Assembly (NCBI GenBank): GCA_965197725.1
Contig: CBDANQ010000055.1
Location: 1-64,000, forward strand
Reading direction: 5' to 3'
Origin: Longimicrobiales bacterium
GTDB taxonomy: Bacteria > Gemmatimonadota > Gemmatimonadetes > Longimicrobiales > Gaopeijiaceae
DNA: 64,000 bases
Positions 46,664 through 54,723 of the stretch are shown here, one piece after another. The position numbers were made by a program, and so were the translations under genes. Each line of letters starts with the position of its first letter. Within the stretch, counting starts at the first letter, position 1. Below the pieces are notes generated by a model. It saw only the letters and a list, made by a program, of their open reading frames with translations. It was not told where the DNA came from and searched no databases.

Positions 46664-49477
46664 CTACCCCTCGAGCCCCAACGCCTGCAGCACCAAGTGT
46701 GCCTGCTCCGCCGCATGGTTCTTCGCCTTTCCCCCCGCGGGGCTCGCGCGCTCCGGCCGCGCCACGTACGTCAGCGGCACCTTGCGTGGTACCACACCCC
46801 GCAGCCGCGGCCCGATGAAGGTGAGCCCACCCATGTTGCGCGGCTCCTCCTGCGTCCACACCACCTCGTTGAGGCTCGGGTAGCGGGCCAGCAGCTCTGT
46901 GAGGGCGCCTCCCGGGAACGGGTAGAGCAGCTCCAGCCTGGCCACCGCCGTCGAGGTCGCGTCGGCGCGGCGCTCGTGGGCCTGGATATCGTAGTAGACC
47001 TTGCCGCTACAGAGTACGACTCGCTCGATGGCGGTCGGATCCGCGACGGTCGGATCGTCCAGAACGTGCTGGAATCCACCCTCGGTAAGCTCGGCGACGG
47101 TGGACGAAGCCAGCGGGTGTCGCAATAGGCTCTTCGGGGTCATCACGATCATCGGGCGCTCAGGACGTCGGAGAGCTTGGCGGCGGAGCAAGTGGAAGTA
47201 CTGGGCCGGGGTCGTCGGGTAGGTGACCCGCATGTTCTCCTCGGCGCACATCTGGAGAAATCTCTCGAGGCGGGCGCTCGAGTGCTCCGGTCCTTGCCCT
47301 TCGTATCCGTGTGGGAGCAGCAGTGTCAGGCGCGAGTACTGTCCCCACTTCGCCCGCCCCGACGACAGGAACTGATCGATCATGACCTGCGCGACGTTCA
47401 CGAAATCCCCGAACTGGGCCTCCCACAGCACCACGTCGGTATCGGCACCGACGGAGTAGCCGTATTCGAAGCCGATCACCGCGGTCTCGGTCAGCGGCGA
47501 GTTATAGAGCTCCAGTCGCGCGTCCGAGACCTGCTGGAGCGGCGTGAACTCTTCGCCGGTCTCCACATCATGTAGCGTCAGGTGTCGATGGCTGAACGTG
47601 CCGCGCTGGATGTCTTGGCCTGTGAAGCGGATCGGGATTCCCGCCGCGAGCAGAGAACCGAGCGCCAATGTCTCCGCGTGGCCCCAGTCGAGCGCACGCT
47701 CGAGATCGAAGGCGTTGGCGCGGCGCTCCAACTGCCTCCACAGCTTCGGATGAGGCGTGAAGCCGTCGGGCAGCTCGAGCGTCGTGTCGTTGATCCGGGA
47801 GAGCAGCTCGAGGTCGACGCCGGTGCTCTCGGGCACCACCGGCACTTCGCGATCGTCGTCGGGCCCGTCGTCGCCTACCGGTTCGTATGCACGCACGTGA
47901 TCGTGAGCGTCGCGCAGACGACTCGCGATTTCTTCTCGCATCGTTTGAGCTCGCGCCGCGCTGAAGACGCCCTCCGCCGCGAGCCGATCCGCGTAGATCG
48001 CTCCAGCGGTCGGGTGCTCGGCAATCTTCTTGTACTTGAGCGGCTGCGTGTACGCGGGCTCATCGCCCTCGTTGTGGCCGTGTCGGCGATACCCGACAAG
48101 GTCGATCAGGAAGTCATCCTGGAAGTGAGCCCGGTACATCATGGCGAGCCGGACCGCGGCGAGGCACGCCTCAGCGTCGTCAGCGTTGACGTGCACGACG
48201 GGGATCCCGTAGCCCTTGGCCAGGTCGCTCGAGTACACAGTCGAGCGGCTATCGCATGGATCGGTGGTGAAGCCGACTTGGTTGTTGACGATGACGTGGA
48301 TGGTGCCGCCCACGGTGTATCCCACGAGGCGCGACATGTTCAACGTCTCCGCGACCACGCCCTCCGCCGCGAAGGCGGCGTCCCCATGCATGAGGATCGG
48401 GACGACTGCGTGGAAGTTGGGCTCCGCACCTTTGCTGCCGCTGTCGAACTGTCTCGAGCGCACCATTCCCGCGACGACGGGGTTCACGAACTCGAGATGG
48501 CTCGGGTTCGGCACCAAACGGACCAGGATCGTGCCGACGCCGTCGATCTCACGCTCGCTCCGGGCGCCGTGGTGGTACTTCACGTCCCCGGTGCCGGCGA
48601 TGTCGAGCTGTCCGCCCTTGTACGACGGGCCCTCGAACTCTGCGAGCAGTTCACCGTAGGACACGCCGACGGTGTGCGTAAGCACGTTCAGGCGGCCCCG
48701 GTGTGCCATGCCGAGTACGACCTCACGGCCGCCTTTGCGAGCGGCGAGTTCGATAGCGAGATCCAACATGGGTACCAACGCGTCGTTTCCCTCCAGCGAG
48801 AAGCGCTTCTGGCCCAGGTAGGCGCGGTGTAGGAACTGCTCCATACCTTCCGTCTCCGAGAGGCGATGGAGGAGCGCGCGCCTTTCCTCGGGGCTCATCT
48901 CCGGCAGGTGGCTCCGTGATTCGATCTGCCGCCAAAGCCAGTCCACCTTCACATGGTCGTCGAGGTGCTCGAACTCGTAGCCGATGCTGCCTGCGTAGAT
49001 CTCCTCGAGATCGGTGAGCGCGTCCGCGACGGAGCGGCCCTCGTCGTTCTCGTCCATGACGAGCGAGGCGGGCAGCTCGGCCAGCTCCTCCAGCGAGGTT
49101 CCGAAGAAGGCCGGCGTGAGCTGTGGGTGTCCGGCCGGCTCGCTGCCCAGCGGGTCGATACGCGCTAGCTGGTGCCCGTGGTCGCGGAACGCCTGCACCA
49201 AAGCGGTGGCACGAGAGACGACCGGCAACGCCCGACGGAGGTGTTCGGCCGCCTGCGAAGTCGGCGACGCCTGAGTGGCCGGCGGGGCCTCGACGGTACC
49301 GGCCCGGTTACCGTTGAGTGCGTCGGGGACGAAGAGTCCCTCCGCTACCGCCTGCTTGCCTCGGGTCTCAAAGAGCGTGCGCCACTCCGCCGGGACCCCT
49401 TCGGGGTTACGCGCGTATTCCTCGAACATCGCCTGAGCATGGGCGGTGTTCAGACTGTCGAAGAGTGGGTTGTCCAT
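46664..49477 (-). CDS. sucA: 2-oxoglutarate dehydrogenase E1 component
   Basis: KRFSLEG, GMAHRGRLN, GDVKYH, NPSHLE, HGDAA, GHNEGD, WEAQFGDF, HSSARLER. Confidence 0.96.
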   Translation of the reverse strand: MDNPLFDSLNTAHAQAMFEEYARNPEGVPAEWRTLFETRGKQAVAEGLFVPDALNGNRAGTVEAPPATQASPTSQAAEHLRRALPVVSRATALVQAFRDHGHQLARIDPLGSEPAGHPQLTPAFFGTSLEELAELPASLVMDENDEGRSVADALTDLEEIYAGSIGYEFEHLDDHVKVDWLWRQIESRSHLPEMSPEERRALLHRLSETEGMEQFLHRAYLGQKRFSLEGNDALVPMLDLAIELAARKGGREVVLGMAHRGRLNVLTHTVGVSYGELLAEFEGPSYKGGQLDIAGTGDVKYHHGARSEREIDGVGTILVRLVPNPSHLEFVNPVVAGMVRSRQFDSGSKGAEPNFHAVVPILMHGDAAFAAEGVVAETLNMSRLVGYTVGGTIHVIVNNQVGFTTDPCDSRSTVYSSDLAKGYGIPVVHVNADDAEACLAAVRLAMMYRAHFQDDFLIDLVGYRRHGHNEGDEPAYTQPLKYKKIAEHPTAGAIYADRLAAEGVFSAARAQTMREEIASRLRDAHDHVRAYEPVGDDGPDDDREVPVVPESTGVDLELLSRINDTTLELPDGFTPHPKLWRQLERRANAFDLERALDWGHAETLALGSLLAAGIPIRFTGQDIQRGTFSHRHLTLHDVETGEEFTPLQQVSDARLELYNSPLTETAVIGFEYGYSVGADTDVVLWEAQFGDFVNVAQVMIDQFLSSGRAKWGQYSRLTLLLPHGYEGQGPEHSSARLERFLQMCAEENMRVTYPTTPAQYFHLLRRQALRRPERPMIVMTPKSLLRHPLASSTVAELTEGGFQHVLDDPTVADPTAIERVVLCSGKVYYDIQAHERRADATSTAVARLELLYPFPGGALTELLARYPSLNEVVWTQEEPRNMGGLTFIGPRLRGVVPRKVPLTYVARPERASPAGGKAKNHAAEQAHLVLQALGLEG

Positions 49478-49523
49478 AAACCCGAAAACTACCGCGAATG
49501 GCTGGCGCGTAGGAGTGCGAGTG

Positions 49524-49724
49524 ATGCACCTTCGCGAGGTCTCCGTAGGCACAGACGCCGCCCGAGTGCCCATGCATCTGGGGCCGGCGATCTGTGGTCG
49601 CTGCTACGAGGTGGGCCCCGAGGTGTTCGAGGCTGTGCAGCAGCCGGTCCCGGCGAGGCCCATGCCGATCGATCTTCGGGCCGTTCTGGCCGAGAGAGCG
49701 ATCGATGTCGGCATCCGCGCGTGA
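49524..49724 (+). pseudogene. pgeF: PgeF/YfiH (laccase-domain) remnant
   Basis: HLGPAICGRCYEVGPEV and IDLRAVL motifs; most of the N-half and the C-terminal CT...FSHR region absent. Confidence 0.7.
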
Positions 49725-49957
49725 CCCCCGGCGATGCTCGCGCCTTCGACGCGGTCGGCCAGTGCCGGGACTGCGTGCACCACAGAGTGACAGGGAACCG
49801 AAAGGGCTCGCGGTTCTATCTTTGTGGCCGATCGAACGACGATCCACGATTCCCGAAGTATCCACTGCTCCCGGTGATCGACTGCAAGGGCTACGAGCCC
49901 GGTGGGGCCGATCCCTGGGCGCAATATGCTGAAGACACGGACGAGGACCTCCCATGA
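49721..49957 (+). CDS. Small Cys-rich protein
   Basis: GQCRDCVH...GSRFYLC...DPRFPKYP.LPV..CKGY; overlapping start/stop with both neighbours. Confidence 0.7.
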   Translation: MTPGDARAFDAVGQCRDCVHHRVTGNRKGSRFYLCGRSNDDPRFPKYPLLPVIDCKGYEPGGADPWAQYAEDTDEDLP

Positions 49958-50298
49958 GCGACTCGACCGCCTCGGCCAAGCGTGTTGCGGCAATCTACGA
50001 TATTCACGGCAACCTGCCGGCGCTCGAGGCCGTACTCGAAGACATGCGCCAAGCAGGGGTCGAACACGTCGTGAACGCTGGGAGCGTGGGCATGCCCTTC
50101 GAGGCACCAGGCGCGTATTGGATTCTACTGGGACCCGGTGTCGAGCAGCGGCACACGCCTTACGATCTGGCGGCGGCCGCCAAGCGTATTCGTGCAACGG
50201 ACTATCCACAGGCACACGAATTTGCGGCGGGAAACGTGCTGGAGTCGCCATGGGAGTCGGCGATGCTCGAGGTATTCGAGCGTGCGGCGCTAAAGTAG
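49954..50298 (+). pseudogene. Metallophosphoesterase (YfcE-like), in-frame internal deletion
   Basis: YDIHGNLPALEAVL joined directly to VVNAGSVGMP; GD, GN.D and GHTH motifs absent. Confidence 0.8.
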
Positions 50299-50439
50299 TG
50301 ACTGGGGCGGGTTGCCCGTTCACCACTTCGAGTATGACGTTTCTGGGACGAAGTGCTCGATCTAACTAGCCCGCTGTACTTCTACCAGGGGGCCGCTAAG
50401 GCCGGAACCGGCGAATGTGAAGGGGGATTGGAGGGTCGC

Positions 50440-52098
50440 ATGTCAGATACCGTCGCTCTGCTCGTCATGGCCCTCACCTTGGGAGTGCTGGCGTTCTTGG
50501 TCCCCTTTGCGCTCCACCGGATGTTCCTGCTCCTTCTGTCGGGTCGGAGTCGGTCCGAACACGTCACGGAATGGCCGGAGGAGCAGCTCCCGCACGTAAC
50601 CGTGCAGCTCCCGATCTATAACGAACGACATGTCGTCAGCCGGCTCATCAACGCCGTGTGCCTGATCGACTATCCCGCGCGGCTGCTCGAGGTGCAGGTG
50701 CTCGACGACTCCGACGACGCGACGCGTTGGATCGTGGAAGAGCGGGTCGCGTATTGGCGGGCCCGCGGCGTCGATGTGATGCACATCACGCGCCACCATC
50801 GAGACGGCTTCAAAGCGGGGGCTCTTGCTGAGGGGACGTCGGTGGCGAAGGGCGAATATCTGCTCGTCCTCGATGCCGACTTCGTCCCACCTCCAGACCT
50901 CCTGCGCGACCTTCTGCCGCCGTTCCGCGACCCGTCCGTGGGCATGGTGCAAGCTCGGTGGGACCACCTGAATCGCGACGAGACCTGGTTCACGGAGGCG
51001 CAGGCGCTTCTTCTGGACGGACACTTCCTTTTCGAGCAGGGTGGACGGTACACCGGCGATTGCTTCTTCAACTTCAACGGTACCGCGGGCGTGTGGCGGC
51101 GAAGGTGTCTGGAGGATGCAGGGGGGTGGCATGCCGATACGCTCACCGAGGATCTCGACTTGAGCTATCGCGCGCAGATGGCCGGCTGGCGCTTCGTATA
51201 CCTCGACCACGTTGCGGTGCCCGCCGAGATCCCTTCGACGGTCGAGGCCTTGGAGGTGCAACAGAGGCGCTGGGCTCAAGGCGGAATCCAGACCGCTCGC
51301 AAGATCCTCCCAACGCTGCTGCGCGGCTCCTATCCCTTTGCGGTGAAGGCCGAGGCGGTGATCCACCTGTGCGGGCACGTCGCGCATCCGCTCACGTGGG
51401 CGTTGGCGCTGCTGCTCTTTCCGTCCGCGATCGCTCGCCGCTCGCTTGGGCTCGAGCAGTACTTGCTGGTGGACCTGCTGATCTTCACCGCGGCGACCGT
51501 TCCGTTCATGATCTTCTACTGGTTCGCAGGCCGCAGGCGTGGACACGCTGGCCCCGGCCTCGTTCGGGGCGTTGCGCGCACGCTCGCCCTGGGCATCGGG
51601 CTCACGATTCCCGTTACGCGGGCGGTGTTTCGCGGGCTGGCGGGCTATCGGGACCCGTTCGTCCGTACAGCCAAGACGGGGAGCGCGCGGGGTGGGCTGT
51701 ATGCAAGCGTGCCCGCGAGGCTGGATAACCTGGGCAAGAGCATGATGGTGGCCTTGATGCTGACGTACCTCGCGCTCGCGATCGCCGGACGTTATTGGGG
51801 CCAGCTGCCCTTCATCCTTCTCTTTCTGAGCGGGTACGCGGGTCTGGCGCTACCGGTGCTAGCCTCCGGAAGTGGGGCGCGGCTCGCTGCGGCACTCGGT
51901 GAGCGGCGCGGGGAGGGGTACGCGCTCGTACCAGAGCTTGGCGGCATCGATTCCGAGCAGAACGAGGAAGGGGACCCAGAGCAGCAGGCGCACCAGGATG
52001 GGCTGCGGCCACTCGCCGGTGTCCTGGAAGGTGGCCAGCCCGAAATATCCGAGGAACGAGAGGCCAGTCATCAAGATCCACGTGCGATTCGCGCGTAA
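50440..52098 (+). CDS. Processive GT2 glycosyltransferase (cellulose synthase-like)
   Basis: QLPIYNE, DDSDD, FKAGAL, DADF, FNFNGTAG, TEDLD, QQRRW; TM helices. Confidence 0.92.
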   Translation: MSDTVALLVMALTLGVLAFLVPFALHRMFLLLLSGRSRSEHVTEWPEEQLPHVTVQLPIYNERHVVSRLINAVCLIDYPARLLEVQVLDDSDDATRWIVEERVAYWRARGVDVMHITRHHRDGFKAGALAEGTSVAKGEYLLVLDADFVPPPDLLRDLLPPFRDPSVGMVQARWDHLNRDETWFTEAQALLLDGHFLFEQGGRYTGDCFFNFNGTAGVWRRRCLEDAGGWHADTLTEDLDLSYRAQMAGWRFVYLDHVAVPAEIPSTVEALEVQQRRWAQGGIQTARKILPTLLRGSYPFAVKAEAVIHLCGHVAHPLTWALALLLFPSAIARRSLGLEQYLLVDLLIFTAATVPFMIFYWFAGRRRGHAGPGLVRGVARTLALGIGLTIPVTRAVFRGLAGYRDPFVRTAKTGSARGGLYASVPARLDNLGKSMMVALMLTYLALAIAGRYWGQLPFILLFLSGYAGLALPVLASGSGARLAAALGERRGEGYALVPELGGIDSEQNEEGDPEQQAHQDGLRPLAGVLEGGQPEISEEREASHQDPRAIRA

Positions 52099-53190
52099 CG
52101 CAGCGAGCGGGAGCATCCAGAGCACGTACCACGGATGCAACGTCGGCGTGAGGATCATGCCCGCACCGAGGATCCAGAAGAGCGCGCGTTCGGGCCGGTA
52201 CCGCTGCCATGTGGTCCATGCGACGACGCCGAGGACGAGCGCGCCCGCGGCGTACCGGGCCGCCATTGGCCCTGGCAGCACGGCCTCGAGAAGCGTGAAC
52301 GGGCCCTTCATGAACCACCAGTCTTGCGCGAACGTAGTGAGGCCCGCAAACAGGCCGCGACCCGCCAATGCGTAGGGCGCGTACAGTAGCGCGGCCGTGG
52401 CCACGAATCCCACCAGGAATCGGACGCCGAGCCTCCGGGTGAGTGCCGGTACTGCTACAACCGGCGCGAACTTCGTGAGCGCCGCCAACGCGGTCGCGGC
52501 CCCCGCGCTCATGGGTGCGCGGGCCAACAGGATCACGAGCACCAACGCGAAGAGCCCGAGGGGTTCCAGGTGACCGCTCCACGCGACCTCGACTACCAGC
52601 AGCGGGGACCAGAGGTAGAGCAACTGCGTGAGGCGCCGGCTACGGCCTGTGATGGACGCGACACGCCCGAGCAGCCAGCCGGTGCCGAGGTCGAGCCCGA
52701 GCCAGAGCAGCTTCGCCTGGAAGATCGCGCCGCCCGCCAGCGCGATCGCGAGGAATGCGAGTTGCGCGAGCGGAGGGTAGATGGTCGGCACGTCCGGGTT
52801 GTTGATCAGCCCTTGATAGACGGTGCGGATCTCCGACAGCTCGATCGCGGTAGGGGCGTAGCGGTAGGGGTTGATGCCGGCGAGCTGCACCTGACCGTCC
52901 CACAGGTATCGATAGATGTCGTCCGACAGCTCGGGAGTGAGCGGCAGCAGGACCACGCGCATTGCGATGGCGATGCCCCAGATGTAGAGGTGTCCGCCCC
53001 GGGTGTGCAGAACCTGGCTCGCGCCAACGGCATACGCCGCGAACGCCCCACCGAAAATGAGCAGCCCCATCCACGGAAAGGTCGCGCCCGGCCACCACCC
53101 GAGTCCGCCGAGCAGCGCCAGCTCCACCACCCCGGCGATGGCCAGGACGCGCCAGGGCTTGGACGGATAGGTGTGCGATGATTCCGTCAT
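51859..53190 (-). CDS. GT87/DUF2029-like GT-C membrane glycosyltransferase
   Basis: LSDDIYRYLWDG, GINPY, TIYPP, GHLE, LHPWY; multi-TM. Confidence 0.85.
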   Translation of the reverse strand: MTESSHTYPSKPWRVLAIAGVVELALLGGLGWWPGATFPWMGLLIFGGAFAAYAVGASQVLHTRGGHLYIWGIAIAMRVVLLPLTPELSDDIYRYLWDGQVQLAGINPYRYAPTAIELSEIRTVYQGLINNPDVPTIYPPLAQLAFLAIALAGGAIFQAKLLWLGLDLGTGWLLGRVASITGRSRRLTQLLYLWSPLLVVEVAWSGHLEPLGLFALVLVILLARAPMSAGAATALAALTKFAPVVAVPALTRRLGVRFLVGFVATAALLYAPYALAGRGLFAGLTTFAQDWWFMKGPFTLLEAVLPGPMAARYAAGALVLGVVAWTTWQRYRPERALFWILGAGMILTPTLHPWYVLWMLPLAALRANRTWILMTGLSFLGYFGLATFQDTGEWPQPILVRLLLWVPFLVLLGIDAAKLWYERVPLPAPLTECRSEPRPTSGG

Positions 53191-53891
53191 CCGATCCCCT
53201 GCCTCGAACCGCTGTGCTCATGCCCGCGCTCAACGAGGAGAGGTCGCTTCCCGGGATCCTCTCGAGCTTGCCCGACTACGTCGATCGCGTCGTCGTCTCG
53301 GACAACGGCTCGACGGACGGGACAGCGGAGGTCGCGCGGGCGCACGGAGCCGAGGTCGTTTTCGAGGCCAAGCGAGGCTACGGTGCGGCGTGCCTGGCCG
53401 GGATTCGGCATCTCTCGGGGCAGACCCAGCCTCCCGAAGTACTCGTATTCATCGATGCGGACGGGAGCGACGATCCGAACGAGATAGCCCACGTGGTCGC
53501 TCCGATCCAGAAGGGCGAGGCCGACATGGTGCTCGGCGTTCGCCGTGGCATCGATGGGAACGTGGGCACGATCCTACCACACGCGCGTTTTGGCAACCGT
53601 CTCGTACTCGGCCTTACCCAGCTGCTGTTCCGCCACTCCTTCACCGACTTGCCGCCGTTCCGGGCCGTATCGTTCCCTGAGCTGCTGGCGTTGCACATGG
53701 ACGACCGCAGTTGGGGCTGGACGCTGCAGATGCAGATTAGGGCGGTGCGTGCGGGGCTTCGGATCGTCGAGGTCGAGGTGACCCATCGGCGTCGAACCGA
53801 AGGCGTATCGAAGATTTCAGGGAATCTCGCGACCTCGCTCAAGGTCGGTGCGAAGATGTTCTATACGCTCGCTCGCGAGCGGCTCAGGTAG
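53178..53891 (+). CDS. GT2 glycosyltransferase (polyprenol-phosphate sugar synthase-like)
   Basis: MPALNEE, DNGSTDGT, RGYGAAC, DADGSD, FGNRL, GWTLQMQ, SKISG. Confidence 0.9.
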   Translation: MIPSSDPLPRTAVLMPALNEERSLPGILSSLPDYVDRVVVSDNGSTDGTAEVARAHGAEVVFEAKRGYGAACLAGIRHLSGQTQPPEVLVFIDADGSDDPNEIAHVVAPIQKGEADMVLGVRRGIDGNVGTILPHARFGNRLVLGLTQLLFRHSFTDLPPFRAVSFPELLALHMDDRSWGWTLQMQIRAVRAGLRIVEVEVTHRRRTEGVSKISGNLATSLKVGAKMFYTLARERLR

Positions 53892-54723
53892 CGGCGGTCT
53901 CGTCCAAGAAGGTGGCGAGGCGCGCGAACGACTCCTCAGGGATCTCTTCGGCGGGCATGTGTCCGCACTTTTCGAAAACGTGCAGGGTCGCGTTGGGCAG
54001 CTCCTCGAGCAACCGCTCTCCGACCCACAGCGGGACCACACGGTCGTGTCGTCCCCAGAGGATCAGCGCCGGCACCTCCAGGTCAGAAAAGCGAGCGTTG
54101 AGGGCGTCGATCCGCTCTGGCACCATGTGGAGCGCCGATTCGACGAGCGCGCGCCGCGCTTCGGCGTCGTTCAGCGGTGCCGCGTACCCTTCGACCTGGT
54201 TTCCCGCGACCGCCTGCGGATCGTACACGATGGAGCGCAGGACCTTTCGGATCACGAGCCGAGCGCCTAGCAGTCGAAAGAGCGCGATCCCAATCCAGCG
54301 GTACCGTGCCAGACTGACGAAGGGCGGCAGTCGCTGCTCGTACGCGGCACTAGCCACGAGGACGAGCCGTGCGAGTCTATCCTCTTCGTCGTCGTGAAGT
54401 AGCAGCGCCAGCAGTATCGCGATTCCGCCGCCGAGCGAATGACCGACAATCGTGAGTCGGCGGAGGTCTCGTTGAAGAACGAGTCGATGGAGCAGCTCGG
54501 CCTGGTCCTCCGGCCGGTACCGCCCGTCGTCCGGTTTGGGCGCCGCCCCCGATCCCTTGAGGTCGACGAGCACCACGTGGGCGCGCTCCGCGAGGCGCGG
54601 TGCCCAACAGCGCCAGGAGAAGGCGGAAGCTCCATAACCGTGGATCATGAGCAAGGTGTCCACGTGAGGCGTGGGCTCCAGACCCAGAGTCTCTACATGG
54701 AGGGGAAGCTCCTTTCCGTTCAC
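53884..54723 (-). CDS. Alpha/beta hydrolase
   Basis: IHGYGAS, GHSLGG, WGRHD, CGHMP. Confidence 0.92.
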   Translation of the reverse strand: MNGKELPLHVETLGLEPTPHVDTLLMIHGYGASAFSWRCWAPRLAERAHVVLVDLKGSGAAPKPDDGRYRPEDQAELLHRLVLQRDLRRLTIVGHSLGGGIAILLALLLHDDEEDRLARLVLVASAAYEQRLPPFVSLARYRWIGIALFRLLGARLVIRKVLRSIVYDPQAVAGNQVEGYAAPLNDAEARRALVESALHMVPERIDALNARFSDLEVPALILWGRHDRVVPLWVGERLLEELPNATLHVFEKCGHMPAEEIPEESFARLATFLDETAAT

